Part shown: positions 10,340-20,020 of the stretch, one piece after another
How the letters are laid out: every line of letters starts with the position of its first letter
Position numbering within the stretch: the first letter of the stretch is position 1
Assembly (NCBI GenBank): GCA_945860335.1
Contig: CAMAQW010000001.1
Coordinates: forward strand, 1-38,465
Direction: 5' to 3'
Source of the DNA: Sediminibacterium ginsengisoli
GTDB lineage: Bacteria > Bacteroidota > Bacteroidia > Chitinophagales > Chitinophagaceae
DNA: 38,465 nucleotides
Program-made: the position numbers and the translations under genes
Notes under the pieces: model-generated
The model's database searches: none
Seen by the model: only the letters and a program-made list of their open reading frames with translations
What the model was told of the DNA's origin: nothing

Positions 10340-12124
10340 ATGAAAAAATATTTAATCATACCAACGCTTCTAGCTGCCTTCGCTATTAGTAGTTGTAATA
10401 AGTTTTTAGATAGAAAACCACTTGATGCGTCTTCTTCTTCTACCTTTTTATCCAATCAATCAGAAATGGAGCAAGGCTTAGTAGGCACCTATGCATCGGC
10501 TATGTGGGTTATTGCTAATAACACCCCTATGCATTATGCGATTGAGTCTAGTACTGATATGGCGATTAAAAGAGGTGGAAATGCGGAAGATTTAATTGCC
10601 ATGGGCGATGGTGGTCCTTTTTTAGTTAACAATGCTATTTGTATATCAGCTTGGAACCAAGCATACAAATTGGTTCAGCGTGCCAACCAACAAATTGTTG
10701 GTATGGAAAATGGTAAGGCTAATGTAACACCGGTGGTATACAACCGAATAAAAGCAGAAGCCCAAGTGCTTCGCGCATGGGGTTATTTTCATTTAATGAC
10801 TTGGTTTGGTGACGTTCCATATTACAGAGCCATGCCATCTGTGGAAGAAGTTTTACAAGCTAAACGCACACCAGTTGCTACCATTGTTGCAGACATGTAC
10901 AAAGACTTAGATGAGGCAGTTGCAGCATTTGATGCAGCAGGTACATCTGCTGTACAAACAATTGGCAGGGTAAATAAGGGTGTTGCACTTGGATTAAAAG
11001 CAAAGTTGGCACTATTAATTAAAGATTTCAGAACAGCAGCAACTGCTACAAAAACCCTTATTGATGCTGGTCAGTATGGATTAAATCCTCGATTTACTGA
11101 TTTGTTTATGCTAAACGGTCAATCTGCTAATGCTAATAGAGAAATCTTGTTTGCGCAGACCTATCCAACAGACGTAAATGAACCACAAAACTGGATGGCT
11201 GTAATTGGTGTTCCTCGTCAGGTAACCAACTCTCAGAGTAGTTTGTTTCCAACGCAAAATTTAGTGGATCAATTTGAAGGAAGAGATGGTCTCCGTATTG
11301 ATGCTTCTACTGTTTATGATCCTGCAAATCCAAGACTTAACAGAGACAATCGACTTAAATGGAGTATTTATATGCCTGGTGATACCATGGTACATTTTGC
11401 ATCTAAAACAGCTGCACTACCTTACAATAACTTAAGGGAGCGTACGGTATTTAATATTTATACCAATGTGCGTCGTAAATTCAATTGGAGTACAGGTGTA
11501 TACAATGATGTAGCAACCAATAATGATTGGATTGGTGCGCAAGCTGCAGGTATTCAGTGGCAAGTAAGTGCTACCGGAAATATTGGCGGCGTTGGTTATG
11601 TATGGAACAAGTACAACGATTCTACTCAGTATACTTTTGAGTCTAGAGTTGGTTTTGTTTTAATGCGTTATGCAGATATTTTATTAACGTATGCAGAGGC
11701 TAAAATTGAGTTGAACGAAATTGATGCAACTGTTTTATCTGCCATCAATTTGGTTAGAGCAAGAGCTGGACAACCTGCTTCTGTGATTGGTAGCCAAACT
11801 GCGATGCGTACTTTAATTAGAAGAGAAAGAGCAGTTGAGTTTGCTGGTGAGGGGCTCCGTTTATTTGATTTAAGAAGATGGGATATTTATGCAAAAGCAA
11901 ATAGTGGACCAGTTGTTGGACTTTCACTAAACCCAGCGGTTCCTGCAGCTAGACCTACTTTTGATGCAGATAATATTCCTAATTATACGAGCAGTGTTAA
12001 CCAGCGTATTAGGTTTAGAAATCAAATCAGAAACAATAGCAACGCAAAATACAAGTTGTGGCCAATACCTCAATCTGAAATAGATAACAATCCAAATCTA
12101 ATACAGAATCCAGGCTGGAATTAA
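10340..12124 (+). CDS. susD: SusD/RagB glycan-binding lipoprotein
   Basis: Lipobox ISS-C, EAQVLRAWGYF, MRYADILLTYAEA, RRERAVEFAGEG.RLFDLRRW, PIPQSEI, QNPGW; directly after susC. Confidence 0.95.
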   Translation: MKKYLIIPTLLAAFAISSCNKFLDRKPLDASSSSTFLSNQSEMEQGLVGTYASAMWVIANNTPMHYAIESSTDMAIKRGGNAEDLIAMGDGGPFLVNNAICISAWNQAYKLVQRANQQIVGMENGKANVTPVVYNRIKAEAQVLRAWGYFHLMTWFGDVPYYRAMPSVEEVLQAKRTPVATIVADMYKDLDEAVAAFDAAGTSAVQTIGRVNKGVALGLKAKLALLIKDFRTAATATKTLIDAGQYGLNPRFTDLFMLNGQSANANREILFAQTYPTDVNEPQNWMAVIGVPRQVTNSQSSLFPTQNLVDQFEGRDGLRIDASTVYDPANPRLNRDNRLKWSIYMPGDTMVHFASKTAALPYNNLRERTVFNIYTNVRRKFNWSTGVYNDVATNNDWIGAQAAGIQWQVSATGNIGGVGYVWNKYNDSTQYTFESRVGFVLMRYADILLTYAEAKIELNEIDATVLSAINLVRARAGQPASVIGSQTAMRTLIRRERAVEFAGEGLRLFDLRRWDIYAKANSGPVVGLSLNPAVPAARPTFDADNIPNYTSSVNQRIRFRNQIRNNSNAKYKLWPIPQSEIDNNPNLIQNPGWN

Positions 12125-12150
12125 TGATTCCACTGTCTTTATTGATTTAT

Positions 12151-12183
12151 AGGCGGGCGCTACATTGTAGCGCCCGCTTTTTT
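12151..12183. terminator. Intrinsic terminator between convergent susD and GH92 genes
   Basis: Perfect 11-bp stem GCGGGCGCTAC-ATT-GTAGCGCCCGC followed by a T run on the + strand. Confidence 0.85.
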
Positions 12184-14335
12184 ATTCAATCATATAGGTA
12201 AGCGAGCCTCCGTTCATGAGTTTATGATGCTCGATATAATGTTGGTCTAATTTTTTTCCATTCCAAAGTACAGATCTGATGTAAGCGTTTTTGTTGTCTC
12301 CTTTTTGTATTACGTTAATTGTCAACTTTTTATTTCCAGCAAGATTAATACTTGCATTTTTTACGAGCGGAAAGCCAAAAACATATTCTCCAGATGCAGG
12401 ATTCATGGGGTATAGGCCAAGTGAACTAAAAATATACCAGGCGCTCATTTGTCCGCAATCATCATTTCCAATTAATCCATCAGGTCCTGTTTTATAAAAG
12501 CTATCTGCAACCGCTTTTATCCATTTGGCTGCTTTATCGGGATAGCCTAGTGCACTATACATGTATATAATATGATGACTTGGTTCATTGCCATGCGCAT
12601 ATTGTCCAATTAAACCAGAAACGTCTGCAGAAGCATTTTCTCCGTGCAAAATGGATGGTGCATTAAATAAAGAGTCTAATTTATTTGCTAATACTTTTTT
12701 ACCACCATATAGTGCTGATAATCCTTCAACATCATGCGGAACAAAAAAACTATGTTGCCATGCCGTTCCTTCAATATATTGTCCTTCAAACCCATGTTCC
12801 GAAAGTAAGGGGTCAAAAGGTTCAATAAATTTTCCTTGACTATCTTTTGCACGCATGAATCCTGTTGATGCATCAAATAAATTTTGGTAATACTTTGCAC
12901 GCTCCATAAATAGTGCATAGTCTTTTGTTTTACCTAATTTTTTAGCTACTTGTGCAATGCACCAGTCATCATAGGCATATTCTAGGGTGATGGTTACACT
13001 CCAGCCATGTTTGTCTTGTGGCAGGTATCCATATTTTATATAATCGCCTGTACCTCTTTGTTTTTGAAACGCAGATTTTAACATGGCTTCATAAGCAGTA
13101 TCTACATTAAATCCAGGCATGTTTTTTAAAATGGCATCTGCTATAACCGGAATAGAATGATAGCCTGTCATGGTATTGGCTTCCCAGGTGCTAATATCCC
13201 ATACGGGTAGTAGTCCATTTTCTTTGTAAAACTGCAACATACTATTGATAAGATCTGGAACTAGCTTTGGTTGTGTGATTGTAAAAAGAGGATTGAGGGC
13301 TCTAAATGTATCCCACAAAGAAAAAATAGTATAACGCGGTTTTCCGCCTTCCATTTTTTGTACTTGTCCTTGTTGATTTTGGTAGGTGCCGTCTATGTCA
13401 GAATAAATTACCGGTGCTAAAGCAGTTCTGTAGAGTGCGGTGTAAAATTTAGTAGCAAAGGCTTTATTGGAAGTATTAATTTCAATTTTATTTAATTCCT
13501 TTTCCCATTTATTTTCTGCCTTTGCGGTGATTGAATTAAATGTTTGGCCACTAATTTCATTGAGTGCCAATCCTGATTTTTCAATACTAACATTACTAAT
13601 ACCGGTCTTTACGATTATCTTTTTTTGTAAAGGCTCAAATTCTAAAAGTAATTTTACCAATTTACCATGTGCCGTTTTATTTATTTCTTGTGCATCAATA
13701 AACCGGTATGATTTTATTTTAGCTGAAAATACAGATGTAAAATAAACACGTTGATTTTTTGCCCAACCGGTAGAATAGCGGTATCCGCCAATCGTTGAAT
13801 CGTTGATGATTTTAATAAAGGCATCTGTTGGTTGATCCCAATTTAATTTAAATCCCATATCGTATCTGATCCATGCCTGATTGGAAGGAAAGCTGTATTG
13901 CTGAATACCTGTTCTTTCGCTTGCCGATAATTCACAAACAATTCCGTTGTCTAGTTTAACTGAATAATAACCAGGTTTTGCACTTTCATTTTTATGGTTA
14001 AATGCATGTTTAATGACAGAGCGGTTGGCGCCAATAGAATCGGTTAGTGGTAATACTGAAATATCGCACCAGTCACCAATACCTGTACCGTTTAAGTGAG
14101 TGTGACTAAATCCAGCAATTGTTTTGCTGCTATAATGGTAGCCACTACACCAATCCCATCCCTCGTCTCCGTTGTCGGGACTGAGTTGAACCATACCAAA
14201 GGGAACTGTGGCTCCAGGATACACGTGTCCGTGTCCGCCTGTTCCTAAAAATGGGTCTACATAACGTGTTTTATTTTGCCCATTACTAATAGCAAATACT
14301 CCCAAAAAAGGGAGTAAGATCAATATTTTTTTCAT
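12182..14335 (-). CDS. GH92 family glycoside hydrolase (alpha-mannosidase-like)
   Basis: YVDPFLGTGGHGHVYPGATVPFGMVQLSPD, FSLWDTFRA, TLEYAYDD, QYAHGNEPSHH, GNDDCGQMSAWY; signal peptide. Confidence 0.95.
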   Translation of the reverse strand: MKKILILLPFLGVFAISNGQNKTRYVDPFLGTGGHGHVYPGATVPFGMVQLSPDNGDEGWDWCSGYHYSSKTIAGFSHTHLNGTGIGDWCDISVLPLTDSIGANRSVIKHAFNHKNESAKPGYYSVKLDNGIVCELSASERTGIQQYSFPSNQAWIRYDMGFKLNWDQPTDAFIKIINDSTIGGYRYSTGWAKNQRVYFTSVFSAKIKSYRFIDAQEINKTAHGKLVKLLLEFEPLQKKIIVKTGISNVSIEKSGLALNEISGQTFNSITAKAENKWEKELNKIEINTSNKAFATKFYTALYRTALAPVIYSDIDGTYQNQQGQVQKMEGGKPRYTIFSLWDTFRALNPLFTITQPKLVPDLINSMLQFYKENGLLPVWDISTWEANTMTGYHSIPVIADAILKNMPGFNVDTAYEAMLKSAFQKQRGTGDYIKYGYLPQDKHGWSVTITLEYAYDDWCIAQVAKKLGKTKDYALFMERAKYYQNLFDASTGFMRAKDSQGKFIEPFDPLLSEHGFEGQYIEGTAWQHSFFVPHDVEGLSALYGGKKVLANKLDSLFNAPSILHGENASADVSGLIGQYAHGNEPSHHIIYMYSALGYPDKAAKWIKAVADSFYKTGPDGLIGNDDCGQMSAWYIFSSLGLYPMNPASGEYVFGFPLVKNASINLAGNKKLTINVIQKGDNKNAYIRSVLWNGKKLDQHYIEHHKLMNGGSLTYMIE

Positions 14336-14338
14336 GAT

Positions 14339-15520
14339 TTATTTTATGTAGGGATAGAGTCCCTGGTACCAAGTTAATTTATCTTTTAAACCCTCATAAA
14401 AGAAAAACACTTCACCTTTAAACCCTTTGTTTCTGTTGCTCTGTATAAATTGAGACATCAAGGCATCTGACTGAACGGTGCTTCCCGATTTAACCAATAC
14501 ACCTGGATAAAAAGGAACTGCAGTATTTTTGTAATATGATTTTTGTTGGTTGATGGAGTTGTCGTAGTCGGTAATATTGTACCGATAAATTTGTGGAATA
14601 ATCGCATCCACCCATGCGCTATCTACCCAAGTTGGCCAGTCCTGTAAATATTCGGTATATCCAAAAGGATATGGACTAGGTGACATGGTAAATAAAATAG
14701 TTGGCTTAATGGCTTTAACTTCTGTTCTTAATCGTTTTAAAAAAACGTTTAGCTTGTCGGCTCTCCACTTTAACCAGCCCGCATCTGTAGGGGATGGGGG
14801 AGGATTGGCGCCACCGTTTTCTGATTTATATAAATTTACTGTATAGGCATCATATCCGCCTGTGGAAGGCATTGCAGGTAATCTGTCATCGCCTTGAACA
14901 CCATCAACATTATACTTGTTCACCACTTCTTTAAAAAGATCAACCATAAATTGTTGTACTTGCGGATGTAATCCATTGAGCCAATCGAATCCATTTTTTA
15001 CAACAAGTTGATTGTTTAAATCTTTTGCTGCCCATTCAGGTTTAGCAGCAACAATGGAGCCGCCGTTTGCAGAATAGGAGGATGAAAATCCATATTCAAA
15101 CCAAGCATGTACTTTTAATCCTGCTGCTTTACCTTCTTCAACGCATTCTTGTAATGGATCTCTACCAACAAATTTTTCCAACTGCTTAATGCCGGTTAAA
15201 TTTTGCATCACGGTGCTAGGGTAAATTGTTCTTGCATTGTTATATACAACAATAAACACATGGTTGATCCCGGCTAGTTTGCAATTGGACATCATTTGTT
15301 TAATGTTGTCTCTACTGTCTAATGCCGTACTCGCTGTTGTTGTTACCCAAACGCCACGCATGGCATTAGCGTCCCAAACTGGAACTGGATTGGGGTTTGG
15401 ATTGGGAGGAAGTGGTGTTGGCGTTGTACCGCCCTTTTTTGAACAAGCGCCAATGCTTACAAGTACAAATAAAAGAAGGCAAATGGATAGACTCTTACGA
15501 ATGTTTAGGTTGAAAAGCAT
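14339..15520 (-). CDS. GHL10 (DUF187, glycosyl hydrolase-like 10) lipoprotein
   Basis: Lipobox IGA-C, Pro-rich tether, MRGVWV, KVHAWFEYG, YNVDGVQGDD, YLQDWPTW, PQIY. Confidence 0.85.
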   Translation of the reverse strand: MLFNLNIRKSLSICLLLFVLVSIGACSKKGGTTPTPLPPNPNPNPVPVWDANAMRGVWVTTTASTALDSRDNIKQMMSNCKLAGINHVFIVVYNNARTIYPSTVMQNLTGIKQLEKFVGRDPLQECVEEGKAAGLKVHAWFEYGFSSSYSANGGSIVAAKPEWAAKDLNNQLVVKNGFDWLNGLHPQVQQFMVDLFKEVVNKYNVDGVQGDDRLPAMPSTGGYDAYTVNLYKSENGGANPPPSPTDAGWLKWRADKLNVFLKRLRTEVKAIKPTILFTMSPSPYPFGYTEYLQDWPTWVDSAWVDAIIPQIYRYNITDYDNSINQQKSYYKNTAVPFYPGVLVKSGSTVQSDALMSQFIQSNRNKGFKGEVFFFYEGLKDKLTWYQGLYPYIK

Positions 15521-15596
15521 GACAAATGTTGAAATTGATGAGCTAACTTAATTAAATATTTTATAAATTTAATATAAGTTTTTAATATTTTTAATT

Positions 15597-16874
15597 ATGC
15601 GTCAACCTACAACCCCAAAATCGCCATTATTTTGGATTCCTAGCACTTGGTTTGCTATGGGATTGCCCTTCGTTGCTTTGTCTACGGCAAGTGCAATCAT
15701 GTATAAAAATTTTGGAATATCTGACACTAGTATTGCGTTTTGGACCTCGCTCATTATGCTTCCATGGACATTAAAGCCTTTGTGGGGACCATTTTTGGAA
15801 ATGTTTAAAACAAAAAAATATTTCGTTTATATCACGCAAATTATAACAGGATCGATATTTGGATTAATCGCTATTTCACTTCATCTAGATCATTTTTTTT
15901 CAATTTCAATTACATTAATGGCAATCATAGCCATTAGTGCCTCTACGCATGATACAGCGGCAGATGGTATTTATTTGAATGAATTAGATCCTGCACAACA
16001 AGCAAAATATGTGGGTTGGCAAGGTGCATTTTATAATGTTGCTAAAATAGTTTCGGGTGGCTTACTCGTTTATTTAGCAGGAGAATTGGAAAAGCGATAC
16101 GGGTTAATTAATGCATGGGTAACCGTTATGTCTTTTTACTGCATTATTATGGTATCGTTGGGTATTTACAATATGAAAATGCTTCCAGAGGGAGGTGTGT
16201 CAAAGCAGGTGGGTACTTTACAAGAAGGCTTTGATGTATTGAAAGATGTGATCATTACTTTTTTTCAGAAAAAAAATATTTGGTATGGGTTGGCTTTCAT
16301 TGTTTTTTACCGTTTTGCAGAAGGACAAGCAATAAAAATTACCCCTTTATTTTTTAAAGCTACAAGAGCAGAAGGTGGCCTCGGATTATCAACTTCGGAA
16401 ATTGGACTATTGTATGGTGTATTTGGAGCTGCTGCTTTTGTATTAGGATCGATTGTAGCAGGTAACTTTGTTTCTAAAAGTGGTGGGTTAACAAGAAAAT
16501 CTCTATTAATATTATGTTGTTTCTTTAATTTACCATTTGCTGCTTATGCCTACTTAGCCATTGCGCTTCCTACTAATTTATATGTTATTGGTTCGGCTGT
16601 TGCGATTGAGTATTTTGGTTATGGCTTTGGATTCGTAGGTTTGATTTTATACATTATGCAACAAATGGCCCCCGGAAAATATAAAATGGCGCACTATGCT
16701 TTTGGAAGTGGTTTAACCAATTTGGGTTTTATGTTACCTTCCATGATTAGTGGATTTGTAAGTGACAAAATAGGGTATCAATATTTCTTTATTTGGGTAC
16801 TTGTTTCTACCATTCCAGCCTTTTTAATTTCTTGGTTAGTACCCTTGCCAAATTTAAATGAAGAAAAAATATAA
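15597..16874 (+). CDS. MFS transporter, AmpG-like
   Basis: About 12 hydrophobic segments; LPWTLKPLWGP, SASTHDTAADG and KMAHYA motifs typical of the AmpG family. Confidence 0.85.
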   Translation: MRQPTTPKSPLFWIPSTWFAMGLPFVALSTASAIMYKNFGISDTSIAFWTSLIMLPWTLKPLWGPFLEMFKTKKYFVYITQIITGSIFGLIAISLHLDHFFSISITLMAIIAISASTHDTAADGIYLNELDPAQQAKYVGWQGAFYNVAKIVSGGLLVYLAGELEKRYGLINAWVTVMSFYCIIMVSLGIYNMKMLPEGGVSKQVGTLQEGFDVLKDVIITFFQKKNIWYGLAFIVFYRFAEGQAIKITPLFFKATRAEGGLGLSTSEIGLLYGVFGAAAFVLGSIVAGNFVSKSGGLTRKSLLILCCFFNLPFAAYAYLAIALPTNLYVIGSAVAIEYFGYGFGFVGLILYIMQQMAPGKYKMAHYAFGSGLTNLGFMLPSMISGFVSDKIGYQYFFIWVLVSTIPAFLISWLVPLPNLNEEKI

Positions 16875-16884
16875 ATATTAGATC

Positions 16885-17817
16885 ATGCGCATTACAGGAA
16901 CTTTCATTGACGAAATTAGTCATGACATACCGCATCAAAATTGGGGGCCACGTGAATGGGAAAAAGATTTTCAATATATGCAGGCTGCCGGTATTGATAC
17001 GGTTATTGTAATTCGCTGTGGCTATAGAAAATTTTTGACCTATCCGTCGGATTATTTAATAAGTAAGCATCAGTGTTATGCGCCTCCAATCGATTTAATT
17101 GATTTGTATTTAACCTTAGCCGAGCGTTATGGCATGAAGCTTTATTTTGGTTTGTATGATAGTGGACACTACTGGGATACTGGAAATCTTCAGTTTGAAA
17201 TTGATGCAAATTTTTATGTTATTGATGAAGTATGGAAAAAGTACGGACATCGTACCGCATTTAAAGGTTGGTATTTGAGTACCGAAATAAGTAGAAAAAC
17301 AAAGGGCGCTATCGAAGCGTTTAATAGTTTGGGTCAAATGTGCAAGCAAATTAGCGGAAACTTACCTGTATTTATTTCTCCGTGGATTGATGGTAAAAAA
17401 GCAGTGATGGCTGCATCTGGTAATTTAACAAAAGAAGATGCCGTGTCCATTCTTGAACATGAAACAGAGTGGAATGAAATTTTTGAAGGTATTCATCAAA
17501 ACATTGATGCTGTTGCCTTTCAGGACGGTCATATTGATTATCACGAACTTCATGATTTCTTTTCAGTGAATAAAAAATTAGCTTCTAAATATAATTTAGC
17601 TTGTTGGACCAATGCCGAAAGTTTTGACCGGGATATGCCCATCAAATTTTTACCCATCAAATTTGAAAAATTAAAATTAAAATTAGAAGCTGCTGGCAAA
17701 TCTGAATATGATAAGGCTATTACTTTTGAATTTTCTCATTTTATGAGTCCTCAGTCGTCATATATACAGGCACATCATTTATACAACAGGTATTTAGAAT
17801 ACATAAACACGATATAG
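16885..17817 (+). CDS. DUF4434-like putative glycoside hydrolase, no signal peptide
   Basis: ITGTFIDEISHDIPHQNWG, GIDTVIVIR, FKGWYLSTE, AFQDG, WTNAESFDRD, ITFEFSHFMSP pattern. Family assignment from recall. Confidence 0.75.
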   Translation: MRITGTFIDEISHDIPHQNWGPREWEKDFQYMQAAGIDTVIVIRCGYRKFLTYPSDYLISKHQCYAPPIDLIDLYLTLAERYGMKLYFGLYDSGHYWDTGNLQFEIDANFYVIDEVWKKYGHRTAFKGWYLSTEISRKTKGAIEAFNSLGQMCKQISGNLPVFISPWIDGKKAVMAASGNLTKEDAVSILEHETEWNEIFEGIHQNIDAVAFQDGHIDYHELHDFFSVNKKLASKYNLACWTNAESFDRDMPIKFLPIKFEKLKLKLEAAGKSEYDKAITFEFSHFMSPQSSYIQAHHLYNRYLEYINTI

Positions 17818-17824
17818 AATTATT

Positions 17825-18922
17825 ATGAGGCGTACTATTTTTTTATTACTGGCAGTGTCTTTATTTCATTTTGCAATCCAAGCGCAGTCTACTTTAAATA
17901 ACAAGCTTCGTGGCACATGGATTACCAATGTGGCTAGTGATGCGATGTTAAATAAAAAAAATGTAGAAGAAGCGGTTTTAAACTGTAAGCGAAATGGCCT
18001 TACGGATATTTTTGTTGTGGTTTGGAATAATGGACTTACAACCTATCCAAGTAAAGTAGTTGAAAAATACATTGGCATAAAGCAAGATCCACGGTATAAA
18101 AAATTTGACCCTATTGCCTCTTTTGTAAGCGAAGGTCACAAGCATGGATTAAAAGTACATGCTTGGTTTGAGTTTGGATTTTCTTATGCCTATAAAGACA
18201 GTAGTTTAAATAATTGGCTATCAAAATACCCCAATTGGGTTGGCCGAGATCAGAAACAAAATCTTCTAAAGAAAAATGGATTTTTTTGGTGGAATAGTAT
18301 GCATCCAGAAGTACAAGACTTTATGCATCAAATGGTTTTAGAAGTTGTACAAAATTATAAAATAGATGGTGTGCAAGGGGATGATAGATTACCGGCAATG
18401 CCATCCGAAGGTGGATATGATTCATATACCGCTAAGGTGTTTGCAGATGAACACAATGGTGTAAACCCACCCGTGGATGCAAAAAATCCTTTGTGGCTGC
18501 AATGGAGAGCTAATAAATTAAATGACTTTGCAAAAAAATTATACGCATCAGTAAAAAAAACAAATGCCTCCTGTATGGTGAGTTGGGCACCAAGTATTTT
18601 TCCTTGGAGCCTTGAACAATATTTACAAGACTGGCCAACTTGGTTAAAAGATGGATATGCAGATCTTATTATTCCGCAGGTATACCGGTATCAATATGAC
18701 AATTATGCGGCTACTTTAAAAGCGGTAGCAAAACAGGTGCCTGCTTCTTTAAAAAATAAAATTTATCCTGGTATTTTAACTTCTTTAGGAGATGGGTACC
18801 GAGTAGATAGTACCTTTTTTGAAAAAATGATTGCATTAAATAGGCAAGAAGGGTATCATGGAGAAGTGTTGTTTTATTATGAAACAATTAAAGACGCAAA
18901 AAAGAGTATCTATAAAAATTAA
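17825..18922 (+). CDS. GHL10 (DUF187) glycosyl hydrolase-like protein, Sec-exported paralog
   Basis: Signal peptide IQA-Q; LRGTWI, KVHAWFEFG, DGVQGDDRLPAMPS, YLQDWPTW shared with 14339-15520. Confidence 0.85.
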   Translation: MRRTIFLLLAVSLFHFAIQAQSTLNNKLRGTWITNVASDAMLNKKNVEEAVLNCKRNGLTDIFVVVWNNGLTTYPSKVVEKYIGIKQDPRYKKFDPIASFVSEGHKHGLKVHAWFEFGFSYAYKDSSLNNWLSKYPNWVGRDQKQNLLKKNGFFWWNSMHPEVQDFMHQMVLEVVQNYKIDGVQGDDRLPAMPSEGGYDSYTAKVFADEHNGVNPPVDAKNPLWLQWRANKLNDFAKKLYASVKKTNASCMVSWAPSIFPWSLEQYLQDWPTWLKDGYADLIIPQVYRYQYDNYAATLKAVAKQVPASLKNKIYPGILTSLGDGYRVDSTFFEKMIALNRQEGYHGEVLFYYETIKDAKKSIYKN

Positions 18923-18927
18923 ATAGA

Positions 18928-19959
18928 ATGAAATCTCAATTATTCAGAAATAATATCATTTTATTTCTTTTTATTATTTTAATTGGTTGTTCTAAAAGTT
19001 CAACCGGTGGAGGAACAACGCCTCCACCACCAACTCCGCCTGTTACTTCTACAACAGCAAAGTTAATGACCTTGCCCCCGGGCTGGAAATTTTCTAGTAC
19101 TATTTCACTTAATTTTCCTAGCGGTATTGAGCTCTATTTTTTTGATAGTATTTATGCTGGAAAAAAAACAAAAATGTTTTGCTTGGCTTACGATAGTAAA
19201 AATACCAGCATAGAATTTAAGCCAGTATTAGCTGCAACTGCAAAAAAAACGAGTGACTTTTATAAGGATGAAGTGGGTACTGTTTATGCGGCACTCAACG
19301 GTGGTTTTTTTGGATCCAATCAATCTTACAGTTTAGTCAAATACAATGGAACTGTAAGCTCAGCAAATATTAAAGTATTGAGCAGAACATTTAATGGGGT
19401 GAGTACTTCTTATTATCCTACTCGCGCTGCTTTTGGCGTTACTTCAACGGGTATTTACCAGTCTGCATGGATTTATCATGTAGGTGCTGGTAATGATTTA
19501 ATATATTCTTATCCATCTCCTAGTCCTAATGTAGAAGGAAAAGCACCCATGGCATTGCCTACTGAGCTTTTTCCAACGGGAGGCAAAGTGTGGGATATTC
19601 ATTCTGCAATTGGGGGATCGCCTCAATTATTAAAAGATGGCAAACTTTCTATTTCTGATACTGCCGAAATGATTGTGATAAACAATAAAACATCTAGGCC
19701 TAGGTCGGCTATTGGATTTACAAATAACAATTTGGTTTTGTTATTGGCTGTTGAAGGGGATAATACGGTTGGTGGGTATGACGGCGTTAATCTTTTAGAT
19801 CTGAGTAATATTATGGCCTCATTGGGTTGTCAAGATGCCATCAATTTAGATGGAGGTGGTTCTACAAGCATGGTGGTATCTAGTCAACAGCTTGTTCGCC
19901 CTGGAGACAATGGTATTGAAAGGCCAGTTGTATCTGCTGTTTTAATTAAAAAGAAATAG
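18928..19959 (+). CDS. Phosphodiester glycosidase (NAGPA-like) lipoprotein
   Basis: Lipobox LIG-C, Pro/Thr tether, ALNGGFF, PRSAIG, AINLDGGGSTSM, RPVVSA motifs. Confidence 0.88.
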   Translation: MKSQLFRNNIILFLFIILIGCSKSSTGGGTTPPPPTPPVTSTTAKLMTLPPGWKFSSTISLNFPSGIELYFFDSIYAGKKTKMFCLAYDSKNTSIEFKPVLAATAKKTSDFYKDEVGTVYAALNGGFFGSNQSYSLVKYNGTVSSANIKVLSRTFNGVSTSYYPTRAAFGVTSTGIYQSAWIYHVGAGNDLIYSYPSPSPNVEGKAPMALPTELFPTGGKVWDIHSAIGGSPQLLKDGKLSISDTAEMIVINNKTSRPRSAIGFTNNNLVLLLAVEGDNTVGGYDGVNLLDLSNIMASLGCQDAINLDGGGSTSMVVSSQQLVRPGDNGIERPVVSAVLIKKK

Positions 19960-19983
19960 CATTCATACGCATGTATAATTAAT

Positions 19984-20019
19984 AAAAAAAGCCGCTCCTT
20001 ATGGAAGCGGCTTTTTTTT
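19984..20019. terminator. Bidirectional intrinsic terminator (PUL end and tRNA-like RNA end)
   Basis: A7-GCCGCTCC-TTAT-GGAAGCGGC-T8; U tails on both strands. Confidence 0.88.
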
Positions 20020-20020
20020 G

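Noticed and set aside
15380-15430. Short GGATTGGG-like repeats
   Set aside because: They encode the PNPNPNP linker of the GHL10 lipoprotein and are not an independent repeat element.
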